Shown here: piece by piece, positions 1-11,605 of the stretch | How positions within the stretch are numbered: position 1 is the first letter of the stretch | Layout: each line of letters begins with the position of its first letter | Assembly: GCA_039208735.1 (NCBI GenBank) | Contig: JBCCQY010000116.1 | Span: 1 to 28,607 of the forward strand | Direction: 5' to 3' | Source of the DNA: Myxococcota bacterium | GTDB taxonomy: Bacteria; Myxococcota_A; UBA796; GCA-2862545 | DNA length: 28,607 bases | Program-made: the position numbers and the translations under genes | The notes under the pieces: generated by a model | Databases searched by the model: none | What the model saw: the letters and a program-made list of their open reading frames with translations, nothing else | Told to the model about the DNA's origin: nothing

Positions 1-39
1 GCGCGATTCCCCAGGAACGCTCCCGCAATTCGCCGTAGC

Positions 40-165
40 TTATCCCAATAGATGCGCAACTGCGTCGCGTTCTTCTTTGAGTTCGTTTTCGGTCGCGAGC
101 ATGCGTTCCTTACTGAACTCATTCACCGGAAGATCGGTAACGATCTCCCACTGACCTTCCTTCCC
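40..165 (-). pseudogene. mdh: C-terminal fragment of malate dehydrogenase (MDH type 2-like), 5' part absent
   Basis: Manual minus-strand translation, not in the ORF track: GKEGQWEIVTDLPVNEFSKERMLATENELKEERDAVAHLLG* (TAA at 42-40). This resembles the MDH C-terminus pattern 'GEWEIVQGLEIDEFSRERM..T..EL.EERDAV..LL'. Similarity stops at about 165. Confidence 0.75.
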
Positions 166-176
166 CTGTCGATGTA

Positions 177-425
177 ATGAAGACCCGGTCGCTTGGGTAC
201 CAAGAGGAGGTCGATGTCGACCTTCAAGTGCTGGCGGTCCAAGAGGGAGACCAGGTCCTGCTGTGTTCCGATGGGCTTTCGGGGTTCCTCTCGCCCGAAG
301 AAATCGGCGAGGTTCTAGGGGGCAACGGCACCCAGGAAGCGGCCCGTCAGCTCATCATGATGGCCTGCGATCGAGGTGGCGACGACAACATCACGGCGGT
401 CATTGCCCGCGTTGATCCTACCTGA
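177..425 (+). pseudogene. C-terminal fragment of a PP2C/Stp1-family Ser/Thr protein phosphatase
   Basis: Motifs TRSLG, LLCSDGL and GGDDNITAV. In-frame TAA at 138-140 and unrelated sequence upstream, so the N-terminal two-thirds are missing in this assembly. Confidence 0.85.
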
Positions 426-1315
426 TGTGGACAGAGCCGCCGCGCTGGCTTTTGCCCACCCTCGGGGGAGTAGTGGCGGTTCTGGTGCTGATTCTCACGA
501 TCACGGTGCCCCGAGCGATTGCCTACGGGCGGTTGTACGACTCGCACGCGGAACTTCAGGATCGCTTGCGCTCCCTCGAGCGCGACATGAACGAAGTCGA
601 CCGCATCCTGATGCGGCTTCGTCTTTACGATGCGCAGCTTGAATCCCTCGGTGGCGCCAACGGGTCCTCAGGCCCGTATGCGGAGCTCGAGGTTCGTGAG
701 CTGCAAAGACTCCCCGAGGGAAGCCCACTCGATGGGAGAGCCGGCCCACGGATCCGACCGGTGACCGATTGGGCCGGGGGCCTCACGGCGCGCGTGGAGA
801 CCTTCCTTCGCTTGTTCGAAACAGCCGAGCCTGGTTTGACGGTGCTCGTCGAAGAGTTGGAGGGATTGTCGGCGTTGGATCGCGCTCTCCCTTCCTTTTG
901 GCCTGCGGCAGGAACCTTGACGTCGGGGTTTGGGTGGCGTCGTCACCCGCTGGGGCTGCGCTGGCGTCATCATGGCGGCATCGATCTGGACGGTCAGATC
1001 GGCGATCCTGTGTGGGCCGCGTCGGAGGGGACGGTCACGCGCATCGACGAGGTGCCCACCTACGGGCGGCTCGTGGAACTCGACCATGGCTTCGGCGTCA
1101 CCACGCTCTACGCCCATGCAAATGAAATCCTGGTCAAAGTCGGTCAACGCGTTGAGCGCGGACAACCCATTGCGTTGGTCGGCAACACGGGCCGCAGTAC
1201 CGGTCCTCACCTACACTTCGAGGTTCGGTTGGAGGGTCATGCGGTCGACCCGTTGGACTACCTTCCACTCCGAACCGGTTGGACCCCCGCTTGGCACGCG
1301 ACGCCGCGCGATTAG
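425..1315 (+). CDS. M23 family metallopeptidase with N-terminal TM helix and coiled coil
   Basis: HGGIDL (HxxxD), YAH and GRSTGPHLHFEV (HxH) motifs, hydrophobic N-terminus. TGATG overlap with the PP2C stop. Confidence 0.92.
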   Translation: MWTEPPRWLLPTLGGVVAVLVLILTITVPRAIAYGRLYDSHAELQDRLRSLERDMNEVDRILMRLRLYDAQLESLGGANGSSGPYAELEVRELQRLPEGSPLDGRAGPRIRPVTDWAGGLTARVETFLRLFETAEPGLTVLVEELEGLSALDRALPSFWPAAGTLTSGFGWRRHPLGLRWRHHGGIDLDGQIGDPVWAASEGTVTRIDEVPTYGRLVELDHGFGVTTLYAHANEILVKVGQRVERGQPIALVGNTGRSTGPHLHFEVRLEGHAVDPLDYLPLRTGWTPAWHATPRD

Positions 1316-1427
1316 CATTGCGGAGCAGCCGCGTGGTCGCTGGTTACTCGGACGAACAGGGGGCGGTTCGTCCACATCGAGGCTACGTACGCACCTCATG
1401 CCCCGGAAGGCCCCCCGAGGAAGCTCC

Positions 1428-4211
<2,784 letters not shown>

Positions 4212-4226
4212 CCGTCCTCCAAGGGC

Positions 4227-4237
4227 TGTGCTACAGC
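4227..4237 (+). promoter_or_regulatory. Putative extended -10 promoter element of rpsB-tsf (TGTGCTACAGC)
   Basis: Resembles the TGTG-type extended -10 of rpsB promoters and is followed by a GC-rich discriminator. Confidence 0.4.
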
Positions 4238-4264
4238 TTGCACCGCGCGAAAAACCCGCGCGAC

Positions 4265-4350
4265 TCACCACGCCGGAACTTCATCACGCTCCTCGGTGCC
4301 CCATGCGGGTCGGAGCAGTGATGCCGGCGGTCGACCAACCAATTTGAGGA
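4265..4350 (+). ncRNA. rpsB 5' leader (t44/S2 autoregulatory-like structure)
   Basis: Nested stems CGCCGG 4271-76 / CCGGCG 4324-29, CATCAC 4282-87 / GTGATG 4318-23, GCTCC 4288-92 / GGAGC 4312-16. The core GGTGCCC...GGGTCGG resembles the known rpsB leader. Confidence 0.7.
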
Positions 4351-4354
4351 CATC

Positions 4355-5215
4355 ATGAACGTCTCCCTCCGCGACCTGTTGCAGGCCGGCGTGCACTTTG
4401 GTCACCAGACGCGGCGTTGGTCGCCCAAGATGCGACCCTACATCTACGGCGCGAAGAACGGCATTCACATCATCGACCTGCAGCAGACGGCCAAGGGCCT
4501 GATCGGCGCAAGTCGATTCCTGACCCAGACGGTGGGCCACGGGGGTTCGGTGCTGTTCGTGGGCACCAAGCGTGCGGCTCGCGAGATTGTGGCCGAAGAA
4601 GCCCAGCGGGCCCAGATGTTCTGGGTCAACAACCGTTGGCTCGGTGGCACGCTCACGAACTGGCAGACGGTGAAGAAGTCGATCGAACGTCTGGTTCAGC
4701 TCGAACGGGCGCGTGACGAAGGTCGGTTCGATGTACTGACCAAGAAGGAAGCGCTCGGCGCGAACCGCGACATCGAGAAGATGAACAAGAACTTGGGCGG
4801 CATCAAGGGCATGAAGGGCCTGCCGTCGGTGCTCTTCATCATCGACCCGAAAAAGGAACACATCGCGGTCAAGGAAGCCACCACCCTGGGCATTCCGGTG
4901 GTCGCCCTCTGCGATACGAACTGCGATCCCACGGGCATTCAGTACGTCATTCCGGGCAACGACGACGCGATCAAGTCGATTCGCCTCTTCGCTGCATCGG
5001 CGGCCGATGCCGTGATCGAAGGGCGTGCGGTGTCAACGGGTCGTGGCGGCCAGGCCTTTGTCGATGAAGCGGCGGCACAGAGCGACGTCGAGGTTGTGCG
5101 TCGGTCGGCCACGCCTGCGGACGGGGCCGGAGTGGCGCCCGACGGGGCGGCTGCTCCGCCGGCTGAGCCTGCTCCTCCCGCAGCCGAGCCGGCTCCCGAG
5201 ATCCCCGCCGACTGA
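4355..5215 (+). CDS. rpsB: 30S ribosomal protein S2 with Pro/Ala-rich C-terminal tail
   Basis: [35 protein letters not shown]. Confidence 0.98.
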   Translation: MNVSLRDLLQAGVHFGHQTRRWSPKMRPYIYGAKNGIHIIDLQQTAKGLIGASRFLTQTVGHGGSVLFVGTKRAAREIVAEEAQRAQMFWVNNRWLGGTLTNWQTVKKSIERLVQLERARDEGRFDVLTKKEALGANRDIEKMNKNLGGIKGMKGLPSVLFIIDPKKEHIAVKEATTLGIPVVALCDTNCDPTGIQYVIPGNDDAIKSIRLFAASAADAVIEGRAVSTGRGGQAFVDEAAAQSDVEVVRRSATPADGAGVAPDGAAAPPAEPAPPAAEPAPEIPAD

Positions 5216-5225
5216 CGGTTCCTTG

Positions 5226-5244
5226 TCCCGGGTGCACCCCGGGA
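5226..5244 (+). other. 7-bp GC hairpin between rpsB and tsf (possible attenuator or stabiliser)
   Basis: TCCCGGG-TGCAC-CCCGGGA, with no strong U-tract. Confidence 0.35.
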
Positions 5245-5277
5245 ACCCTTCACCTCAATTCATGTTTGGAGTCCGAA

Positions 5278-5922
5278 ATGGGCGCCGCCGAAATCAAAGA
5301 GCTCCGGGAGCGTACCGGCGCGGGAATGTTGGATTGCAAGAAGGCCCTCGACGAAGCCGAAGGCGACATCGAGAAGGCGGTGGACTGGCTGCGTAGCAAA
5401 GGCATCGCCAAGGCTGCCAAGAAGGCGGGCCGCGCGGCGACCGAAGGCCTCGTCACGAGCTACATCCACGCCGGCGGCAAGATCGGCGTGCTGCTTGAGG
5501 TCAACTGCGAGACCGACTTTGTGGCCATGACGGATCAGTTCCAGGAGCTGTGCAAGGACATCGCGATGCACATCGCAGCGGCCGCTCCGGAATATACGTC
5601 GCGAGACGAAGTGCCTCCGGACGCCATTGACCGTGAGCGCGAAATCCAAAAGCAGCGTGTCCTCGAAGAAGGCAAGCCCGAAAAGGTCGCAGACAAGATC
5701 GTCGAAGGCCGGATGGGTAAGTTCTACGAAGAGAACGTCCTGCTCGAGCAGAAGTTCGTCAAGGATGACAGCAAGACCATCCAAGATGTGGTGACCGAGG
5801 CCGTGGCAACGATCGGCGAGAACATCCAGGTCCGTCGCTTTGCGCGATTCGTGCTGGGTGAAGGCCTCGAAAAGAAGGAAACGGATCTGGCCGCCGAGGT
5901 GGCCGCGACCCTGGGGCAGTGA
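5278..5922 (+). CDS. tsf: Elongation factor Ts, short form (214 aa)
   Basis: IKELRERTGAGMLDCKKAL, EVNCETDFVA. ATG 5278 after GGAG. Confidence 0.97.
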   Translation: MGAAEIKELRERTGAGMLDCKKALDEAEGDIEKAVDWLRSKGIAKAAKKAGRAATEGLVTSYIHAGGKIGVLLEVNCETDFVAMTDQFQELCKDIAMHIAAAAPEYTSRDEVPPDAIDREREIQKQRVLEEGKPEKVADKIVEGRMGKFYEENVLLEQKFVKDDSKTIQDVVTEAVATIGENIQVRRFARFVLGEGLEKKETDLAAEVAATLGQ

Positions 5923-6488
5923 TCGAGATGGACGAGTACCTCGAGTCGATGAACGAAGACATGACGAGCGCGCTGGAGGCACTGGGACGTGCACTAGCGA
6001 AGATTCGCACCGGCCGTGCAACCCCGAAACTTATCGAGGGTGTGCAGGTACTCGTCCAGTCCTACGGCACATCCATGCCGATCACCCAGCTAGCCACCAT
6101 CCAGGCCCCCGACGCCCGGCTCCTCACGGTTCAACCCTGGGACAAGACCACCATCCCGGACATCGAGAAGTCGATCGTTCAGGCGGGTTTGGGGCTGAAT
6201 CCCTCCAATGATGGCCAGCTCATCCGCATTCCGGTTCCTGCCCTGACGGCCGACCGTCGGCAGGACCTCGTCAAGCTTGCCAAGAAGGCTGGCGAGGAGT
6301 CGAAAGTACGCCTGCGGCAGGTACGCAAGGAGTACAACGACATCATCAAGGGAGCCGAGAAGGACGGAGACGTCAGCGAAGACGAATCCCGTCGGCTCCA
6401 AGCACAGATTCAGGAAGGCACTGACAAATTCGTGTCCGATGTGGACCGGATCGTGGCCGAGAAGGAGGCCGAGGTCCTCGAAGTGTGA
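5919..6488 (+). CDS. frr: Ribosome recycling factor
   Basis: KIRTGRATP, QPWDK, GLNPSNDGQLIRIPVPALT. GTGA overlap with tsf, alternative ATG at 5928. Confidence 0.96.
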   Translation: MIEMDEYLESMNEDMTSALEALGRALAKIRTGRATPKLIEGVQVLVQSYGTSMPITQLATIQAPDARLLTVQPWDKTTIPDIEKSIVQAGLGLNPSNDGQLIRIPVPALTADRRQDLVKLAKKAGEESKVRLRQVRKEYNDIIKGAEKDGDVSEDESRRLQAQIQEGTDKFVSDVDRIVAEKEAEVLEV

Positions 6489-7225
6489 CCGCACCGACTG
6501 CCAGCACGAAGGGTTTGCCCCGCCATATTGCTGTCATCATGGATGGCAATGGGCGGTGGGCCACGGAGCGTGGATGGCCACGGGTGCGAGGTCACGAGGC
6601 GGGTGCCGATAGCGTTCGAGAAATCGTCCGCGCTTGCGGCGAGATGGGCATCGATGCGCTCACCCTCTACAGCTTCTCGACCGAGAACTGGGCTCGGCCC
6701 GATGATGAAGTCCAAGCCCTGATGACACTGCTCGCGTCGTACCTCGAGAACGAGCAATCCGACCTGATGGAGAATCGGGTTCAGCTGCGGGGGATCGGTG
6801 AGATCGATCGGCTACCTGCACACGTCCACGTGTTGCTTCGGCAAGCCGAAAAGCTGACCGAGCACAATGACGGGCTCAAGCTCACCTTGGCGTTGTCCTA
6901 CGGTTCTCGTCGCGAGATCGTGGACGCCGTGCGTCGGATTGCCGATGAGGTGCAGCATGGAACGCTCGACCCCTCCGACATCGACGAGACCGCAGTGACC
7001 GAGCGGTTGTACACCGCCGGCATTCCCGATCCCGACCTGCTCGTACGCACGAGCGGCGAGATGCGGTTGTCGAACTTCATGTTGTGGCAGCTCGCCTACA
7101 CTGAACTGTACGTGACCGACGTGTACTGGCCCGATTTCCGACGCCCACATTTGGAGCAGGCTCTAGCTGCGTATGCCAAGCGTCGTCGTCGGTTTGGCCA
7201 AACCGATGCGCAGGTGGCCTCATGA
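6485..7225 (+). CDS. uppS: Undecaprenyl diphosphate synthase (isoprenyl transferase)
   Basis: HIAVIMDGNGRWA, FSTENWAR, RTSGEMRLSNFMLWQ. Confidence 0.97.
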   Translation: MTAPTASTKGLPRHIAVIMDGNGRWATERGWPRVRGHEAGADSVREIVRACGEMGIDALTLYSFSTENWARPDDEVQALMTLLASYLENEQSDLMENRVQLRGIGEIDRLPAHVHVLLRQAEKLTEHNDGLKLTLALSYGSRREIVDAVRRIADEVQHGTLDPSDIDETAVTERLYTAGIPDPDLLVRTSGEMRLSNFMLWQLAYTELYVTDVYWPDFRRPHLEQALAAYAKRRRRFGQTDAQVAS

Positions 7226-8016
7226 TGACGCGCCTGTTGGCCGCGGTCATCGGTCTCGCCATCCTGCTGCCGGCCATCATCCTAGGCGGGGTCGTGGCGG
7301 TCGAGATCGCCGTCGCCATCGCAGGTCTCATCATGACCGTCGAGTACGCCTACATGGCGTTTCCTGACGACCAGCCCGTGATGAGCATCGTTCAGGCGGC
7401 CGCCGTCGTGCTGACGTCTGGCAGCATCCTGTACTGGCCTGAGTATGGCGGACTTGCGCTCGGTGGGCTGGTTTCTGGCGTCTTCATGCTGCAGACGTTG
7501 CGTCCGGGAGCCGATCTGGATCGGACCGCCGATCTCGCAGGTCGGATCTTGCTGGGGGCGGGCTTCATCAGCCTGCTGAGCGCCATGGTGCTCCTGCGAC
7601 GTCTTGATCATGGCCTTGCCTGGGTATTTCTCGTGCTTGAGCTCGCGTGGCTTGGCGATACTGGTGCCTACTTTGCGGGCCGCTTCTTTGGCCGAACGCC
7701 GCTCTATGAGCGGATCAGTCCCAAGAAGACCTGGGAAGGTGTGGCCGGCGGCATCGTACTGGCGACGGCAGGCATGTTTGTCATCCGAGAACTCGGAGAC
7801 TTGCCGCTTTCGATTGTCGAGTGTCTCGTGATTGGTCCGATACTGACGCTGATCGGGGTACTCGGAGACCTTTGTGAATCCATGCTGAAGCGGTCGTTTT
7901 CCGTCAAAGACAGCGGGTGGATCATGCCAGGGCACGGCGGACTACTTGACCGGGTCGATAGTGTTCTGTTCGTGGCCCCCTGGCTTTATGCCTGGGTCCG
8001 GATCATGGAGGGCTGA
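7222..8016 (+). CDS. cdsA: Phosphatidate cytidylyltransferase
   Basis: ISPKKTWEG, GDLCESMLKR, KDSGWIMPGHGGLLDRVDS, multiple TM segments. Confidence 0.96.
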   Translation: MMTRLLAAVIGLAILLPAIILGGVVAVEIAVAIAGLIMTVEYAYMAFPDDQPVMSIVQAAAVVLTSGSILYWPEYGGLALGGLVSGVFMLQTLRPGADLDRTADLAGRILLGAGFISLLSAMVLLRRLDHGLAWVFLVLELAWLGDTGAYFAGRFFGRTPLYERISPKKTWEGVAGGIVLATAGMFVIRELGDLPLSIVECLVIGPILTLIGVLGDLCESMLKRSFSVKDSGWIMPGHGGLLDRVDSVLFVAPWLYAWVRIMEG

Positions 8017-8019
8017 CGA

Positions 8020-9753
8020 ATGGCCGATCTGTTGTTTTGGCTCGCGGCGGGCGGCGTCATGGTTGGCGTTCTCGTCGTCGTGCATGAGGCCGGGCACTGG
8101 ATCGTGGCGAAGCTGTTCGGCGTGGGAACTCCGGTTTTCTCGATCGGATTTGGCCCGCGAATCTTCGGCTTTCGACTTTGGGAAACCGATTTCCGAATCT
8201 CGGTGCTTCCGGTTGGCGGCTACGTGCGAATGGCGGGAGCAGACCCCTTCGGCGAAGAGTTCGCCGAGGATGAGGTCGTCAATCCCGAAGAAGACTTCAT
8301 GACGAAGCCGGTCTGGCAGCGCTTCCTCATCATGCTGGCGGGACCGGCGGCCAACCTTATTCTCCCCTTCGTGCTGTTTTCGGGCGTGCTGATGCTGGGA
8401 GAGCCCCAGCCTGATGCGGTGATCGGAGACGTGCGGCCAGGTTCGATGGCGGCAGAGCTGGGGTTGGAACCCGGTGATGAGATCACACAGATCAACGACA
8501 CGCCGATCGACAACTGGCGGGAGCTTGGGCTGGCCATCTCGTCGGTTGAAGGCCCCTTCCGCCTTTCGGTGAAACGAGATGAACAGCCCATCACGGTGCA
8601 GTTCCCCGAGTGGACAAGCGATCGACTGGGACGTCGTCTGGAAGGGGTGGGCCTATCCCACAGCAGCCCCTCGGCGACGATCGGGGTGACCGACGCGACC
8701 TCTCCGGCGTGGCAGTCCGGACTCCGGCCCGGCGACCGCATCGTGAAGGTCGACGAGTCCGAGATCGTGACCTACACCGAGTTGATCGATGCACTGACCC
8801 CAGGTCAGGCGCACACGATCGATGTGGAACGTCGGATTCCGGAAAAGGAGCCGCATCGCGTCGCAGGACTCGATGACCTGCCGAAAAAACGGACGTTGAC
8901 CCTCACCCCCGACCCGACGTGGTCTCCAAGTGCCACCGAAGCCCATCGCAACGCCTGGGGCCTTGTGCCCATCAACGTTTTTGTGGGCAGGGTGCAGCCC
9001 GAATCGGCGGCGGACAAGGCGGGGGTTCGACGTGGTGACCGCCTCATGGCGATCGACGGTGCCCAAGTGCAAACCTGGGAAGATGTGCTCGAGTACGTGG
9101 GACGCACCGTTGAAGGCATGAACGTCGAAGCGGATCCTCCTCGCGGGGGCTGCGTGAGCGCCGAAAAGAAGGTATTCGGCAACCCGCTCGAGTTGTCCCT
9201 CGTCCGTGACGGCAAGCCGGTCACCCTGACGTTTGCGCCGACGGTCGAACAGGAAACGCGCTTGGATGGCACGATCGCGTTCCGTCCCATCATGGGCGTG
9301 TCGCAGTTCAGAGGAAGCTACGCCGCAGGCGGCGAGATGGTCAAGTACTACGGCGCCTTGCAGGCCGTGTCGCGGGCCGGCGAAGAGGGGAGGCTCGTGC
9401 TCGAGACCACCATGAACTCGCTTGGCAACCTGCTCACGGGCCGCGCGAAGTTTGAAGACTCGGTCGGGGGGCCCGTCGAGATCATTCGTTCGGCCGGCTA
9501 CGCCGCCAAGCAGGGCATGTTCAAGTTCGCTCGATTGATGGGCATCATCAGCTTCAGCCTCGGCATTGTGAACCTGCTCCCCATTCCTGTGCTCGATGGC
9601 GGACAGATCTTGTTCTACGCCATCGAGGGGATTCGAGGACGCCCGCTTCCCCTCGTGCTGAGGGAGCGCATTCAGATGGTCGGCGTGCTGTTTTTGGCCT
9701 CGTTGATGGTCGTCGTGCTGGTCCTCGACATCGGGCGTTGGATCCAGGGTTGA
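8020..9753 (+). CDS. rseP: RIP metalloprotease RseP with three PDZ-like domains
   Basis: HEAGH, AGPAAN, NLLPIPVLDGG. Three A..AGL/V.PGD.I-type PDZ segments. Confidence 0.95.
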   Translation: MADLLFWLAAGGVMVGVLVVVHEAGHWIVAKLFGVGTPVFSIGFGPRIFGFRLWETDFRISVLPVGGYVRMAGADPFGEEFAEDEVVNPEEDFMTKPVWQRFLIMLAGPAANLILPFVLFSGVLMLGEPQPDAVIGDVRPGSMAAELGLEPGDEITQINDTPIDNWRELGLAISSVEGPFRLSVKRDEQPITVQFPEWTSDRLGRRLEGVGLSHSSPSATIGVTDATSPAWQSGLRPGDRIVKVDESEIVTYTELIDALTPGQAHTIDVERRIPEKEPHRVAGLDDLPKKRTLTLTPDPTWSPSATEAHRNAWGLVPINVFVGRVQPESAADKAGVRRGDRLMAIDGAQVQTWEDVLEYVGRTVEGMNVEADPPRGGCVSAEKKVFGNPLELSLVRDGKPVTLTFAPTVEQETRLDGTIAFRPIMGVSQFRGSYAAGGEMVKYYGALQAVSRAGEEGRLVLETTMNSLGNLLTGRAKFEDSVGGPVEIIRSAGYAAKQGMFKFARLMGIISFSLGIVNLLPIPVLDGGQILFYAIEGIRGRPLPLVLRERIQMVGVLFLASLMVVVLVLDIGRWIQG

Positions 9754-10409
9754 CCACGGTTGTAGCTCTGGATTCGGCGGGGCCCGTCGTAGGCGTGGCC
9801 CTGTGGCACGAAGGAGCTGCGCAGGAGCGGGTCGCCGCCGGAGGTCGAGGCACGGAACGTCAGCTGGTGGGCTTCGTTGCCGAACTCTGTGCAGAAGCTG
9901 GGGTTTCGCGTCAGGCGATTGATGCCATCGCCGTGAGCATCGGCCCGGGCGCCTTTACGGGGCTTCGCGTGGGCATCGCAACCGCTGGTGGTTTGGCCCA
10001 AGCCTTACGATGTCCGGTTGTGCCCGTGGGATCGTTGGAGCCACGAGCCCATCAAGCAGGCCTAGATGGACCGTTGCTCGTAATGCTCGACGCCCGCAAA
10101 CAGCGCGTCTATGCCGCGAGCTGGAATGGGCTAAAGGCTGACCATTCCGCCGCTGACGTCCCCCCGCACGAAGCGTTGGACTGGATGTCGGGTGGCTTTC
10201 GGGCGACTGGTGCCGGCGCTTTGGTCTATGCCGAGCTGGTGGCCCAAGCCGGAGGAACGGTGGTCTCGGACCCCAACCATCCCGGCGTGTCGCATCTGGC
10301 GCGTCTTAGTGCGGGACGTGTCGCGGATGGGATCGCGGCGGCCGAGCTCGTGCCTCGGTACTTGCGGGATCCGGACGCCGTTCTGAACCGAGGAAAGGTT
10401 CGGCGATAA
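9750..10409 (+). CDS. tsaB: tRNA threonylcarbamoyladenosine biosynthesis protein TsaB
   Basis: VALDS, AVSIGPGAFTGLRVG, LDARKQRVY, P.YLR. TTG start overlapping the rseP stop. Confidence 0.93.
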   Translation: MTTVVALDSAGPVVGVALWHEGAAQERVAAGGRGTERQLVGFVAELCAEAGVSRQAIDAIAVSIGPGAFTGLRVGIATAGGLAQALRCPVVPVGSLEPRAHQAGLDGPLLVMLDARKQRVYAASWNGLKADHSAADVPPHEALDWMSGGFRATGAGALVYAELVAQAGGTVVSDPNHPGVSHLARLSAGRVADGIAAAELVPRYLRDPDAVLNRGKVRR

Positions 10410-10418
10410 GGAACTCGC

Positions 10419-11429
10419 ATGAGCACACGGGTTGGGGTTGCCGGGGCGACAGGTGCCCTGGGACAAGAGATCATTTCGGTTTTGGATCGGGTCCAATGGC
10501 GACCGGAGACATTGCTGGCTTATGCACGTGCGAGCACGTCAATCACCCACGTCGACTATGGCGATGAACGCGTTCCCGTCGACGTGACGAGCGAGATCGA
10601 TCCCGAAGGGGACGAACTGGATTTGCTGTTCACGGCGTTGCCTTCGGAGCCCGCGCGACTTGCGATCGACCGCGCTGAACAGGCTGGGGCCTTCGTCGTC
10701 GATCTGTCAGGAGCTCGGGCGGCAGATGCACCATTGATCGTGCCTTGGATCAACCCCGAACGACTTGCCGATGATGCTTTGGTCTGGCAGATCCCCCAGG
10801 CGTCGGCGACCCTTGTGGCGTCGCTCCTTGGACCTCTGGCTCGGGCGGGCATTCGGGGGCCTGCCACCATTCAGTTGCTTGTCCCGGCCTCCGTGTCAGG
10901 TCGAGCTGCGATCGAGGAGCTTTCCCAGCAGGTGTTGGCGCTGTTCAATTCAGCACCACCGCCACGCAAGGTGTTCCCCACCGGCCTGGCCTTCGATCTG
11001 ATTCCCGCCTGGGGAAACCCCACTGAAGAGGGACCGACCGTCCACGAACAGCGCACCGTCGAGCAAGTTGGGCTGCTCTTGGGAGCGCTTGAGATGGGCC
11101 CGATCGAGGTCATGGCGGTCCAGGTGCCCATCTTTTCTGGCTTGTCGGCGTCGGTCACCCTTCATCCCACCACGCGCGTTCCTGCTGAATTGGCAAGTCG
11201 CATTCTGTCCGATGGCGGCGTGGTGGTGTCGGAGTCGGCGGCGGCTGCACAGTGGCCGCGACCCCGGAAGGTCGAGGGGGCTCCCTTCGCTCATGTCGCC
11301 CGGATCCGGACCACGGACAACGGAGCCCTGCAGTTGTGGGCCACCATGGACAACCTCCGTACGACCGCGATGGCGGCGGCGGCGACGGCCCAGGCGTTGT
11401 TCCGACGGCGGAGTGCTTCCGACGGCTGA
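10419..11429 (+). CDS. Aspartate-semialdehyde dehydrogenase-like (Usg-like) protein, catalytic residues apparently lost
   Basis: GVAGATGALGQE Rossmann motif, VVDLS, PLIVPWIN, SVSGRAAIEEL, LAFDLIP, W...DNLR. NPNCST is replaced by IPQASA and the GHS His by GLS. Confidence 0.85.
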   Translation: MSTRVGVAGATGALGQEIISVLDRVQWRPETLLAYARASTSITHVDYGDERVPVDVTSEIDPEGDELDLLFTALPSEPARLAIDRAEQAGAFVVDLSGARAADAPLIVPWINPERLADDALVWQIPQASATLVASLLGPLARAGIRGPATIQLLVPASVSGRAAIEELSQQVLALFNSAPPPRKVFPTGLAFDLIPAWGNPTEEGPTVHEQRTVEQVGLLLGALEMGPIEVMAVQVPIFSGLSASVTLHPTTRVPAELASRILSDGGVVVSESAAAAQWPRPRKVEGAPFAHVARIRTTDNGALQLWATMDNLRTTAMAAAATAQALFRRRSASDG

Positions 11430-11492
11430 CAGGTTGTCGTTGGTCGACGGTGGACAAGATTGCAGCTGACAGCCTGTCAGTCGTGGTATATG
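11426..11492 (+). promoter_or_regulatory. Dyad operator-like site(s) next to an extended -10-like element
   Basis: Perfect dyad CTGACAG-C-CTGTCAG 11466-11480, imperfect copy CTGACAG-G-TTGTCG at 11426, and TGGTATATG at 11484-11492. Confidence 0.45.
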
Positions 11493-11605
11493 CGGGCGGC
11501 TTGCCGAGGTCCGGTAGCGCGTGTCGATCGGAGACACCTCCGGGTCCAGGATTCGGCATATGGTTTGCAGACGCCCCGGCGGCCGTCCGCCCGAAGGAGC
11601 ATGTC

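Noticed and set aside
930..1427. 166-aa N-terminal extension of SecA in the ORF track
   Set aside because: It overlaps the M23 gene. SecA homology and an SD start at ATG 1428.
5150..5212. GCTCC/GAGCC repeats at the end of rpsB, and similar ones in the secA linker (about 3985-4050)
   Set aside because: Pro/Ala/Glu low-complexity coding linkers, common in GC-rich bacteria.
5278..5922. Apparently truncated EF-Ts
   Set aside because: The ~200-aa short EF-Ts form is established in several phyla, and the C-terminal RF.LGEG motif is intact.
11252..11605. 118-aa N-terminal extension of the 974-aa ORF
   Set aside because: It overlaps the asd-like gene and promoter-like elements. SD plus GTG at 11606 gives a signal-like N-terminus.
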